From contig CBDANF010000003.1 in the NCBI GenBank assembly GCA_965197475.1, forward strand, positions 704,001-768,000: a DNA stretch of 64,000 nucleotides, read 5' to 3'. Below the pieces are notes generated by a model. It made no database searches and was not told where the DNA came from. It was given only the letters and a program-made list of their open reading frames with translations. How positions within the stretch are numbered: position 1 is the stretch's first letter; the number at the start of each line of letters is the position of its first letter. The DNA comes from Candidatus Poribacteria bacterium (GTDB taxonomy: Bacteria; Poribacteria; WGA-4E; WGA-3G). Below are positions 1 to 9,920 of the stretch, piece after piece. The position numbers and the translations under genes were made by a program.

Positions 1-890
1 AGCAGACTGTCGAAATCGCCCGTGTTCAACAACAGCAAATGGTTGAAGAAGCCGAAATTCAACGAAATCTAAGTATTGAAAAAGCTAAGATTGATCAAGA
101 GGCAACTGTCAAGGAAACTGACATTGAACGTAAAATTATACTCCTTGACAAGGAACGTGAAGAAAAAGAAGCTGAGGCACAAAACGCTATTCTGATTTCC
201 CTTAAGGAAAAAGAACTTGAGGCTGCCCTTATTGAACTCTTGCAAGTTTCAGCCGAGAAAGCACGTGCTGAAGCCGCCGTTGAAACAGCTGAAGCAATTG
301 AAAAAGCGGAACGTGAAAGCAAAGTAGAGTTGATTCGTGCCGAACAAGAGGCGGACGAAGAGAGAATTGCTAAGGAAAAGAACGCTGACGCTGAAGCATA
401 CGCTGTTGTTGAAGCTGCAAAAGCGGAACTGGAGGCGGCTCAAGTCCAATCGCAGGCAACAAGAATTCTGGCAGAAGCACTCCTTGTTGAAGCCAAAGCT
501 CAAGCCGATGGTGAAGAGGCATTAATTAACTCGAAAAATCAGGCTGAACCTCAAGTGCTTGTCAGTGATGCTGTACTGGCACTCGTGGAAGTCTTACCTC
601 AAGTCACGAATGAGTTAATGAAACCTGCAGAACGTATTGAAAGCATTCGCGTTCTTGACTTAGGTGGAAATAGCGGTGGCAACGGTGGTTCGGGAGGAAT
701 GAACCGCATCCTTAGCTCTATTGTCAACGCTGGTGCCGCAATGCCACTTCTCAAGGAACTGGTAAACTTCAGTGGTCTTGACACGGCAAAGATTGGGCAG
801 ACTATTCAGGATTATGCAAAGGGATTAAACCGCAGTGCCGTTTCTAATACGGATTCGGATTCTGACGGTTCGGACCCTGTTTCTGATTAA
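1..890 (+). CDS. Flotillin/SPFH-family protein, C-terminal part (5' end lies outside the window)
   Basis: Long Ala/Glu-rich coiled coil (AEAEA-like repeats) followed by the flotillin-type tail LPQVTNELMKPAERIESIRVLDLGG. Confidence 0.8.
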   Translation, partial: QTVEIARVQQQQMVEEAEIQRNLSIEKAKIDQEATVKETDIERKIILLDKEREEKEAEAQNAILISLKEKELEAALIELLQVSAEKARAEAAVETAEAIEKAERESKVELIRAEQEADEERIAKEKNADAEAYAVVEAAKAELEAAQVQSQATRILAEALLVEAKAQADGEEALINSKNQAEPQVLVSDAVLALVEVLPQVTNELMKPAERIESIRVLDLGGNSGGNGGSGGMNRILSSIVNAGAAMPLLKELVNFSGLDTAKIGQTIQDYAKGLNRSAVSNTDSDSDGSDPVSD

Positions 891-1040
891 ATCGGTTAGG
901 TCTTTCGTAGTCTACTTATTTCAAAGCGTTACAGCGTTTGTTGTCGCGCATTTAATTGTGTTTCTTTGAAACTATGAGGATATCTTCATCTTGGAGCAAA
1001 TTCCACTTCGGAGATACCCTTAACGCACAAGGGTGAGCCA

Positions 1041-1451
1041 ATGGTTGATGTTAAAATTGACAGTATCCGTGCCGACAAGAACAACGGAACACCGGTAGTT
1101 GTTTTGGAAGAGATAGATGGAGATCCTAAACGAAAAATGGCGATATGGATCGGTGACAGTGAAGCTTTAGCAATCAAATCTGGCTTGGAAAAGACATCAT
1201 TTCCACGTCCTATGACTCACGATCTGCTCAAGGATATCGTTGATACGCTCTCAGCTACGGTAACTGCTATCTACATCAACGCAGTTGAAGAGTCAACCTT
1301 TTATGCTAAGGTGAAACTCAAATCGAACAGCCAAGAATTCGACATAGATTCGCGACCGAGTGATGCCCTTGCCATCGCAATCCGATATAACGTACCAATC
1401 TATGTGGAAAACAATGTGATTGAAAAAAACGGATTCTTTGAAAAGGAGTAA
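1041..1451 (+). CDS. Bifunctional nuclease family (DUF151) protein, copy 1
   Basis: PVVVLEE, IWIG..EA.AI, RPMTHDL and IDSRPSDALA motifs. Confidence 0.9.
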   Translation: MVDVKIDSIRADKNNGTPVVVLEEIDGDPKRKMAIWIGDSEALAIKSGLEKTSFPRPMTHDLLKDIVDTLSATVTAIYINAVEESTFYAKVKLKSNSQEFDIDSRPSDALAIAIRYNVPIYVENNVIEKNGFFEKE

Positions 1452-1455
1452 TAAT

Positions 1456-1950
1456 ATGGTTGAAGTTAAGATTGAATTTCTTACCATTGATCAGAACACT
1501 AACACACCGGTCGTTGTCTTAAAAGAAAAAGAAGGCGACTCTAAACGGATATTGCTGATATGGATCGGCAGGCCGGAAGCATGGGCAATAGAGGCTTGGC
1601 TTAAAAAAGAGCCTATGCAACGCCCAATGACACACGATCTATTTAAGAATGTGTTTGACGCAATCTCCGGCAAGGTAAATTCCATCTGTATCAATGCTGT
1701 TGAAAAGTCAACCTTCTATGCACAGGTAAGGCTTGAATTGAACGGGCAAGAATTCGACATAGATTCACGACCGAGTGACGCGCTTGCCCTCGCAATTCGG
1801 TGTGAAGCACCAATTTATGTTGAGGAGGAAGTCATTGAAGAAAACGGTTTCCTTGAAGCGGAAGTGAAAAAAGGGAAACCAACACCGCGCGACGCTAAAG
1901 ATGTATTAGAAAATCTGGATGATGAAATTGTAAAACATTACACAGTTTAG
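1456..1950 (+). CDS. Bifunctional nuclease family (DUF151) protein, copy 2
   Basis: Same motifs; ATG at 1456 follows an AAGGAG RBS; extra acidic C-terminal tail. Confidence 0.9.
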   Translation: MVEVKIEFLTIDQNTNTPVVVLKEKEGDSKRILLIWIGRPEAWAIEAWLKKEPMQRPMTHDLFKNVFDAISGKVNSICINAVEKSTFYAQVRLELNGQEFDIDSRPSDALALAIRCEAPIYVEEEVIEENGFLEAEVKKGKPTPRDAKDVLENLDDEIVKHYTV

Positions 1951-2117
1951 CCAGAGACTCGTAGATCAAGAAATCTTTGACGTATCTTCGTGTCCAGGAG
2001 TTTGTTACCGGACTTCCTGAGCATTTGCACGCTGTGTAGAATCCTCTTTTTCCAGTTGTTGCCTTTGTGTCAACAGGCTGACTCCATACGCTGCTTACTG
2101 TTGAAGACGAACTCACC

Positions 2118-3023
2118 ATGGAAAACTCATATAGCAAAAACTGCATCGTGCTCCATGAAAATTGCACAAAAGCCTTGGATACCAGCGACTTTGTCTCAAG
2201 GATAGACCTATCCTTTCTTGATCCACCCTTCAATCAGGACAAGGCGTACAATGCATGGGACGATAATCTGCCGCCAGAGAAATATTGGGAGTGGATGCAA
2301 GTAGTATGTGCCAAAATCTATGCGTTGACTTCCGATGGCGGTGCTATCTATTTTATGCAACGCGAAAAAAATACAGAATTCGTTTTGCAATGCTTACGCG
2401 ATAGTGGATGGGCTTTTCAAAATCTAATCGTCTGGAAAAAGAAAACCTCAGCGATCCCAGGAATAAGTCGTTTTGGCAAACACTATCAAATAATAGCGTT
2501 TGCAACGAAAGGCAAAACACCACGTGTTTTCAATCGTCTACGCATTGATCCACCACTGCCAGCAGATTACAAGTACACGCGTGAAAACGGTATGTATGTT
2601 ACCGACGTATGGGATGATATACGGGAGTTAACTTCTGGTTATTTTGCGGGTGATGAAGCATTACGCGATGCGGAGGGAAATCGCCTGCACAAACAGCAAA
2701 CTCCCATTCAACTTCTTTTACGGATTATCCTCTCCTCCACAAATCCCGGTGATGTTGTTCTTGATCCGTTTGCGGGCTCTGGCACAACGTTTGTTGTGTC
2801 AGAACAATTAGAACGAAAATCGATCGGTATTGAAATTGACTCCCACAACGTAAAACTTATCCAAAACAGACTCGCTGAACAGAGAGAATCGGATGATGTC
2901 TCTCGCTTTCTTAAAGATTATGCATGTACCCCGGACTTAGAAGCAATTTGGGGAAAGGAACAATCAGTGCCACATAATTCGGATTTTTCTAAGCAGATAA
3001 AACTTTTTGAATCAAAGCAATAA
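2118..3023 (+). CDS. Amino-DNA methyltransferase (m6A/m4C), beta-class motif order
   Basis: DPPF catalytic motif near N-terminus, HKQQTP, and LDPFAGSGTT SAM-binding motif near C-terminus. Confidence 0.9.
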   Translation: MENSYSKNCIVLHENCTKALDTSDFVSRIDLSFLDPPFNQDKAYNAWDDNLPPEKYWEWMQVVCAKIYALTSDGGAIYFMQREKNTEFVLQCLRDSGWAFQNLIVWKKKTSAIPGISRFGKHYQIIAFATKGKTPRVFNRLRIDPPLPADYKYTRENGMYVTDVWDDIRELTSGYFAGDEALRDAEGNRLHKQQTPIQLLLRIILSSTNPGDVVLDPFAGSGTTFVVSEQLERKSIGIEIDSHNVKLIQNRLAEQRESDDVSRFLKDYACTPDLEAIWGKEQSVPHNSDFSKQIKLFESKQ

Positions 3024-3884
3024 ATGACTTACTCAATCTACCACTTTTTCGCTCACTTGTGTCAGAAAAAAGAGGAACTCTACTCAGTAGAAAAACTTGA
3101 TAGTTTCCCATTTGATACACAAATGCTCTCTTGTGTTAATACAGGAATTTTTCCAGATTTAGCCATAAAACTCAATAGAGGCAATTTGCAGTTTACTGGT
3201 GGGGAATTAATTGAACTCAAAGATAGCACAAAAGGATATTCAGTCGCTTCTTTTAATTCAACGATTCCGACAGGTGAAAAGGATATTCAAAAATTAACTA
3301 CGGGCACTACGAATACTATTCGAACGCAGATGCAAGAAGCAGGTAATGATATATTTTCCTTGCCGACTCGCCAAGTTTTCTATCTGATTCGTGGGAGAAA
3401 ACAAGTAAATGTAAAAGCATGCTTGACTCACGGAAAATTTTTTGAGACAGTACCAGTTTCAAAACTGATTTCAGAATCATTTTCACAAGCTCTAGAAGAA
3501 CGTTTAGACGAGCTCGGGGAATCTTTGTCGGTACAAATGAGACAAAAATTGTTAGATCTGTTCAGTGAACAACAAACCTTCAGCAGAGTGAGAAACGTAG
3601 ATGATGCCTCAGTGAGGCTCCGTTTTCGTATTATGACCGAAGTTAAAGCTGGGGCAAACATTTTGAATCCGAATCAGTATCCTCAAATTCTTGACAATAC
3701 GCTGAACTTTGGAGTGCCGTGTCATGGTAAAACCGAGCAGAATCAACAACACGATAAAATGAGAATTGCCTTTGAGGAAATGAAATGTGAAAATTTATTT
3801 TCACAAATGCAAGTTTTTAATCTCCAACACCATTTTAATGGGAATTTTCTCATTTTTCAGGCTAATCTATCAGTAGATGTATAA
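3024..3884 (+). CDS. Putative type II restriction endonuclease (PD-(D/E)xK)
   Basis: FPDLAIK...ELIELKD pattern; ATG directly after the MTase stop; flanked by two MTases. Confidence 0.6.
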   Translation: MTYSIYHFFAHLCQKKEELYSVEKLDSFPFDTQMLSCVNTGIFPDLAIKLNRGNLQFTGGELIELKDSTKGYSVASFNSTIPTGEKDIQKLTTGTTNTIRTQMQEAGNDIFSLPTRQVFYLIRGRKQVNVKACLTHGKFFETVPVSKLISESFSQALEERLDELGESLSVQMRQKLLDLFSEQQTFSRVRNVDDASVRLRFRIMTEVKAGANILNPNQYPQILDNTLNFGVPCHGKTEQNQQHDKMRIAFEEMKCENLFSQMQVFNLQHHFNGNFLIFQANLSVDV

Positions 3885-3975
3885 AGGGAATTAGCGCATG
3901 GAATTTCCTTAGGTGATAGTTATGTATTCAATTGGATCATCCACCTAAAACTCTGCTTTTAAATGGACATTATTC

Positions 3976-5133
3976 ATGGCTTCAATGCAATTAGCCTTCG
4001 ATTTCAACCGATCTAACAGTTACGCTGTTCATCTTCCTACCTACACGAACGAATTTTGGACAGCAAAACAACGCGCCGGGCATTCTATTCATGAAATTTC
4101 ATATCGCGCCTGTTACAAGCCGCAATTACCCGCATATTTTATACAAAAGTTCTGCAAACCGGCATCTGTCGTTTACGACCCATTTATGGGACGTGGTACC
4201 ACCTTGATAGAGGCACAACTTCACGGACACAGAGCCATCGGCAATGACATAAACCCATTATCTCAAGTTCTCACATTTTCTCGCCTCAACCCGCCTACGT
4301 TAACTGATATTGAAAAAAGATTGTCTGAGATTGACCTGTCAAACGGTGCCGAAATTGATCCAGACCTCTTAGTCTTTTTCCATGAAGATACACTCAGCGA
4401 AATTTATGGGTGGCAAACTTATTTTCAACAGGAACAACTTGACGCGGTTGATGCATGGTTACAGATGGTCGCGTGTAGTCGTCTCACAGGACACTCTTCA
4501 GGTTTTTTCTCTGTGTTTACCCTGCCACCGAATCTTGCAGCTTCGGTTACTTCCCAGCGGAAAATCAACGAAAAACGGAATCAGAAACCTGAATATCGCG
4601 ATACAAAAGCACTGATATACCGAAAATCAAAGCAGTTGTTACGCCACAGCCTCCCTGAGCATTTTTGGCGGAACGATGCTATACTTCTTATTGAATCTGC
4701 TGATGATACCCCCCAAATCCCAGACGAATCGGTTGATCTCGTTGTCACCTCACCCCCTTTTCTTGATACTGTTGACTATGTGCAGGATAATTGGTTACGG
4801 ATGTGGTTTTGTGGCATAGAAATTGACGCAGGCAAAATTTGGCAATTAAAATCGTTAGAGGATTGGGTTGCGCGGATGACGGATGTCTTTGCGGAACTGC
4901 GACGCGTATTGAAACAGGATGGGCAAATTGCGTTTGAAGTAGGAGAGGTACGGAATGGGAGTGTTTTTTTAGAGAACGCTGTCTTCAAAGCGTCTCTGGA
5001 TGCTGGATTTGTGCCTGATAAGTTGATGATTAACGCACAGCATTTCACGAAAACGGCAAATTGCTGGGGTGTCTCTAATAACAGCAAAGGTACAAACAGC
5101 AATCGGATTGTTATTTTGAGAAAAGATAGTTAA
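3976..5133 (+). CDS. DNA methyltransferase (probably m4C), SAM motif before catalytic motif
   Basis: YDPFMGRGTT near N-terminus and VTSPPF near C-terminus. Confidence 0.85.
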   Translation: MASMQLAFDFNRSNSYAVHLPTYTNEFWTAKQRAGHSIHEISYRACYKPQLPAYFIQKFCKPASVVYDPFMGRGTTLIEAQLHGHRAIGNDINPLSQVLTFSRLNPPTLTDIEKRLSEIDLSNGAEIDPDLLVFFHEDTLSEIYGWQTYFQQEQLDAVDAWLQMVACSRLTGHSSGFFSVFTLPPNLAASVTSQRKINEKRNQKPEYRDTKALIYRKSKQLLRHSLPEHFWRNDAILLIESADDTPQIPDESVDLVVTSPPFLDTVDYVQDNWLRMWFCGIEIDAGKIWQLKSLEDWVARMTDVFAELRRVLKQDGQIAFEVGEVRNGSVFLENAVFKASLDAGFVPDKLMINAQHFTKTANCWGVSNNSKGTNSNRIVILRKDS

Positions 5134-5154
5134 CAAAGGAAGGAGGTTTGCATT

Positions 5155-6858
5155 TTGGATAAATATCGGTATTGGATTCAACTGCATATATTCTGTATCA
5201 CAACATGCCTAATTTTTGGGAGTGTTGACGCATTTTCAAAAGATATACAGATAGACGATGTTCCCAAAGCCATTCAGAAGATAATTTTTCGTGAAATTGG
5301 GGACATACCGATTGATGACATTGACAGGGAAAAAGATGACGGAGAAGTTTACTATGATGTAGAAGCTGAAGCTAAAGGAATAAGGATTGAACTTGAGATC
5401 GCAGAAGATGGTACAATCAAGGAGAGAGATATTAACGAAGAAATTTCTTTCTCCGAGCTTCCAATCCCTGTCCAAGATACAGTGCATCGGCATGTTGGGG
5501 CGTTGGAAATTGATGACGTGGAACGGAAAACGGAACTTGGCAAAGGTGTTTTTTACGATATTGAAGCTGATGATATGGGTGTAGAGATTGACTTTGAGAT
5601 TGCGGCCGATGGAACTCTGATTGATAAGGATATGAGTGATCCCATTGAGCTTAAGGTCAAACTGAGCGCAAAATCTAAACTTCCTATGCTTGAAGATATA
5701 TCACCCTATCGGGAAGCACTCGTATTTTACGAGTACAACCTTCAGAAACGCGTTGATGGCGAATTCAAAGGGAAGAAGCTGCGAGTTGCACATTGGGCAA
5801 TTTACGACAACGAGTCGCAGCCAATTGGCAAAGCTAAAATCGGATCATCAAAGACACTAAAACTCTATCCATACCAACAATTCAAGGAACTTGAAAGCCT
5901 CTATACGAGTGATACGCTTGAATTAGACGTTGACATACCGCTTTATCACGATATTGGACAGAAAATTCATGAAGACCGATCTATGGATGATAGATTTGAC
6001 TATGATTCTATTCTCTCCGAAAAGATGCCGGTTTTCTGGCAACTGAAGGATCAACTGAAACTGATTGCTTTGGGTGACTCGCGCTGTGAATTGGGTATTC
6101 AAGCGGAGTTGTTTTACGGTGCAGAAAACCGTAAAACCCCGGTTGCGTACAACCTTGCAATTTCAGGGGGGTCGTTGGAGTTTCAGAAAATAGTTGTTGA
6201 TGAATATCTTTTGAAAATACCGAACTTAGAGTGGGTGGTTTATCAAATGTCGCCGCGTGTGGTTAACCGACACTTTGAAAGATCGTCCGAGAGGGAATTG
6301 TTAAGAAGCGACGGTTATGAGTTTGATAAGAAACATGCTGCAAGGCTTTGGCGCAAATCCGATAGTGGTGATGACAAAAAGACAGTTGCCGATATTGTTT
6401 CAATACCGTATGTAGGGGCATACTGGTCTGAACGTCCGTGGGGATGGAAGTACAGAAACGAGATTTGGCAAAATCCTGAAACAGATGATTTGAAGCGGAA
6501 GTGGGAGATCTCTGAAAAAAGGTGGGATCGTCTTTCATCAATGATTGACGTATTAAACGAACGAGACGTTCAGATCTTGATATATCTACCACCATTCCAC
6601 CCTATTATGCGCGGCAAGGATGTCGTTGATGATGACGGAACAACCCTGAAAGGCTATCGGGAATTGGTTGATAGATTACAAAAGTTAGAGAATCAGTTTC
6701 CAAACCTTGTTTTCATTGATTTGAATATGGGAGGGAATCACGATTTTTCACCTGAGATGTTCAAAGACCTTGACCACATGAATGCACTTGGCGCAGGAAG
6801 ATTGACGCAGCAATTGGAAGAAATTAGGCAACGTCACACTAAAAAACATCAAAAATAA
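5155..6858 (+). CDS. Secreted protein with two PepSY-like repeats, an unnamed central domain and a C-terminal SGNH-like domain
   Basis: Signal peptide; two P.(A/P)(I/V)Q...YD(V/I)EA...(L/F)EIA.DGT repeats; LGDSR and F.D.DHMN..GA motifs. Confidence 0.7.
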   Translation: MDKYRYWIQLHIFCITTCLIFGSVDAFSKDIQIDDVPKAIQKIIFREIGDIPIDDIDREKDDGEVYYDVEAEAKGIRIELEIAEDGTIKERDINEEISFSELPIPVQDTVHRHVGALEIDDVERKTELGKGVFYDIEADDMGVEIDFEIAADGTLIDKDMSDPIELKVKLSAKSKLPMLEDISPYREALVFYEYNLQKRVDGEFKGKKLRVAHWAIYDNESQPIGKAKIGSSKTLKLYPYQQFKELESLYTSDTLELDVDIPLYHDIGQKIHEDRSMDDRFDYDSILSEKMPVFWQLKDQLKLIALGDSRCELGIQAELFYGAENRKTPVAYNLAISGGSLEFQKIVVDEYLLKIPNLEWVVYQMSPRVVNRHFERSSERELLRSDGYEFDKKHAARLWRKSDSGDDKKTVADIVSIPYVGAYWSERPWGWKYRNEIWQNPETDDLKRKWEISEKRWDRLSSMIDVLNERDVQILIYLPPFHPIMRGKDVVDDDGTTLKGYRELVDRLQKLENQFPNLVFIDLNMGGNHDFSPEMFKDLDHMNALGAGRLTQQLEEIRQRHTKKHQK

Positions 6859-6927
6859 AGATAGACAAATAAAATGGACGCAATTTCATATTTTGTCTAA
6901 CAGTAGCATAAATATTGGGAATTTGGG

Positions 6928-8331
6928 ATGGTTTTCAGTTTGCATATCTTTGTCTACTACTTTCTCCCGATTGCGTTACTCAGCTATTACCTACTTCCTC
7001 GTCAAGCGAAACATTTTGGACTGACACTTCTCAGTTATCTATTTTACGGTTGGGCAAATCCACCTTTTGTGGTGCTGATGTTTGCCTCAACGCTGATTGA
7101 TTATACGTGTGGTCGCGTTATCTCTGGAAGTGGACATCACCGTCATCGAAAAATCGCACTGACAATCTCTATCTGTTCAAACCTATCCCTTTTAGGCTTT
7201 TTCAAATACTTCAATTTCGGCATATCAAACTTTAATGCTATTCTGGACTGGTTGGGATTACCGATATGGGGCAGTGTTCTTGAGGTTACGCTTCCTCTCG
7301 GTATCAGTTTCTATACCTTCCAATCGATGAGTTATACGATAGATGTTTATCGTGGTGATGGCAAAGCAATTCGGAATTTCATAGATTTTGCCTGCTATGT
7401 GTCAATGTTCCCACAACTCGTCGCAGGTCCAATAATTCGGTTTTCAGAGGTTGCCGATCAACTTCAACATCGGACACACACGTTTGAAAAGTTCGCGCGG
7501 GGAATTGCTTTTTTCTCGTTGGGTATGGCGAAGAAGATTTTGTTAGCGAACCCTTGCGGTAAATGTGCCGACACAGTGTTTGATGCAGGTATAGTCAGCA
7601 CTGTTGATGCATGGTATGGCACAATTGCTTACGCCTTTCAAATCTATTTCGATTTTAGCGGTTATTCTGACATGGCGATCGGCTTAGGGTTAATGTTGGG
7701 GTTTACGTTTGCTAAAAACTTTGATGCCCCCTATCGTTCGGAATCTATTACGGAGTTTTGGCGCAAATGGCACATCTCGCTTTCCAGTTGGTTGCGAGAC
7801 TATCTCTATATTCCGCTTGGCGGAAACCGTCGAGGTCGGTCACGAACATATCTCAATTTAGCACTTGTGATGTTACTCGGAGGTTTATGGCACGGCGCAT
7901 CGTGGAATTTTGTTATCTGGGGTGGAATTCATGGTGGCATGCTTGCACTTGAACGAAATCGGGGAAAGACAAGCCACTACGAATCTCTGCCGAAACTTTT
8001 ACGAGTTGTGGCGACGTTTCTACTTGTGCTAATAACTTGGGTTTTCTTCCGAGCAACCGATTTGACGCATGCACTTACTTACCTGCGGTGTATGTTTAGT
8101 GGTGTTGACATCCAACTATCTATCGATTTAATAGCGGGTATTCTGTATCAACCTTACTATCTATTGACAATGTGCGTGGCGGGGATCGTAATCTGGAGTT
8201 TTCCACAGACGTGGGACTGGACACAATGCTTGACACCTATCCGAATAGGTATGTGTCTTCTGCTGTTCTTAGTCTCACTTGCTGTTTTGTCAACACAGAC
8301 GTATAATCCTTTTATCTATTTTATTTTTTAG
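6928..8331 (+). CDS. algI: MBOAT O-acyltransferase, AlgI/DltB family
   Basis: LPLGISFYTFQ, FPQLVAGPI, YFDFSGYSDMAIG, FWRKWHISLS, GLWHGA motifs. Confidence 0.9.
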   Translation: MVFSLHIFVYYFLPIALLSYYLLPRQAKHFGLTLLSYLFYGWANPPFVVLMFASTLIDYTCGRVISGSGHHRHRKIALTISICSNLSLLGFFKYFNFGISNFNAILDWLGLPIWGSVLEVTLPLGISFYTFQSMSYTIDVYRGDGKAIRNFIDFACYVSMFPQLVAGPIIRFSEVADQLQHRTHTFEKFARGIAFFSLGMAKKILLANPCGKCADTVFDAGIVSTVDAWYGTIAYAFQIYFDFSGYSDMAIGLGLMLGFTFAKNFDAPYRSESITEFWRKWHISLSSWLRDYLYIPLGGNRRGRSRTYLNLALVMLLGGLWHGASWNFVIWGGIHGGMLALERNRGKTSHYESLPKLLRVVATFLLVLITWVFFRATDLTHALTYLRCMFSGVDIQLSIDLIAGILYQPYYLLTMCVAGIVIWSFPQTWDWTQCLTPIRIGMCLLLFLVSLAVLSTQTYNPFIYFIF

Positions 8332-8333
8332 AC

Positions 8334-9920
8334 ATGCGAAACTTAGCTGAACACCGTAGAGAAACAGCCATAAAAGAGCTTGGCAACACACTTGTGAAAC
8401 GAAACGTGTGCATAATTAGTGTTTTCATCTTCGGTGTTGCCCTTCTATGTGTGCCATTTTGCCAGTTTATCTCAGAAATTCGACGCGGCGAGTTTCCTCA
8501 GGCTTTTCGCGCTTATGAACTATTGTCAGAGCCTAAACGCGAAGCCATTGAAAAATACGAGGACGTGTTAGAGGACGAATCCGTGCTTACGAATTGGCTG
8601 TTGCCGAGTGTGCAGTCAGTGTTGACGGGGTTGTTTCACACTGGTAACGAACAGGTCTATTTGGGACGTGATGAGTGGTTGTTCTATCGTGCCGATATTG
8701 ATTCGCTGATCGGTCTCAGCAATGATCATTTCCAAACACGACAAAAAATAAGTCAGACGCATGGTAAGTACCACGATGCGCTCAAAGCAATTGTGGATTT
8801 CAAGCGTCAGTTAGAAAAACGTGATATTACACTCATCGTGATGCCGACTCCTGTTAAACCGTCGATTCATCCAGAAAAGTTCTCAGCGCGCCACCAAAAT
8901 CCTAATGCACCGCTACACAATCCCACCTACGCAAAATTTGTTGAGGCACTTGTGTCGAATGGTGTTCTGGTGTATGACCCATCCGAACTTCTCTTTGAAG
9001 CTTCGCGCCAAAATGCACAGTATCTCAAAACAGATACGCATTGGCGGCCGGAAGCAGTGGAAAGCGTCGCAAAAAATCTTGCAATATTTATCGCTGAACG
9101 TGTGGAATTCGCCAATGCTCCAACAGCTGCTTACACTAAAACCGCAACCGAAGTCGTTAACATAGGTGACATCGCAAAAATGCTGAACCTACGAGAGCAT
9201 CAAACCCTGTTTCAGCCTGAACACGTCACATCTCACGTTATCCAGACCCAGGCAGGTGAACCGTGGCAACCCGAACGTAATGCTGAGATTCTGTTTCTGG
9301 GAGACAGTTTCAGTAATATCTATTCGCTTGCTGGCATGGGATGGGGAGAATCGGCGGGCTTCGTTGCACACCTCAGCGCGGAACTCTCGCGACTGATAGA
9401 TAAGATAGTAATTAACGCTGGTGGGGCACTTGCAACCCGCCAAGCACTTGCGCAGCAGGTTGAGAGGCTTGACGGTAAACGTGTCCTTGTCTATCAGTTT
9501 GGGACGCGAGAACTATTTTCTGGCGACTGGAAGCTACTACCGATGCCACAAATTCAATCTGTATCAGTAGGTGAGAATGTAAAACCAACACTACTGAATG
9601 ATGAGATAACCCTTACCGCTTCTGTAAAAGACATAACAAATCCACCTGCTCCGGGTAGCGTGCCATATACTGAATGTATCATAGCGATTCATCTTGAAAA
9701 CGTCAAAATACCTGAACTTCCTGAAGAATTCGTTGTGTTTGTCTGGGGAATGCGTGAAAACAAGTGGACAGAAGCTGCTACATTTAAAGTCGGACAGAAA
9801 GTGAAGTTGCGCCTCCGACCGTGGGATTCCGTTCAAGCAGACTACGAAAGCTACAACCGTAAAGAATTGGAAAATGAAGAGGCATGGTTACTGGATGTCT
9901 ACTGGGGAGAGATTCCGTGA
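8334..9920 (+). CDS. AlgJ/AlgX-like SGNH O-acetyltransferase with an extra C-terminal domain
   Basis: N-terminal TM segment, GRDEWLF, P.PVK..IHPE, KTDTHW, LGDSFS. Confidence 0.85.
   Translation: MRNLAEHRRETAIKELGNTLVKRNVCIISVFIFGVALLCVPFCQFISEIRRGEFPQAFRAYELLSEPKREAIEKYEDVLEDESVLTNWLLPSVQSVLTGLFHTGNEQVYLGRDEWLFYRADIDSLIGLSNDHFQTRQKISQTHGKYHDALKAIVDFKRQLEKRDITLIVMPTPVKPSIHPEKFSARHQNPNAPLHNPTYAKFVEALVSNGVLVYDPSELLFEASRQNAQYLKTDTHWRPEAVESVAKNLAIFIAERVEFANAPTAAYTKTATEVVNIGDIAKMLNLREHQTLFQPEHVTSHVIQTQAGEPWQPERNAEILFLGDSFSNIYSLAGMGWGESAGFVAHLSAELSRLIDKIVINAGGALATRQALAQQVERLDGKRVLVYQFGTRELFSGDWKLLPMPQIQSVSVGENVKPTLLNDEITLTASVKDITNPPAPGSVPYTECIIAIHLENVKIPELPEEFVVFVWGMRENKWTEAATFKVGQKVKLRLRPWDSVQADYESYNRKELENEEAWLLDVYWGEIP

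Noticed and set aside
1951-2117. Minus-strand sequence faintly resembling an integrase C-terminus (EVR...GHEDTS...IY)
   Set aside because: Needs stops and frameshifts to read and is too short to distinguish from chance.
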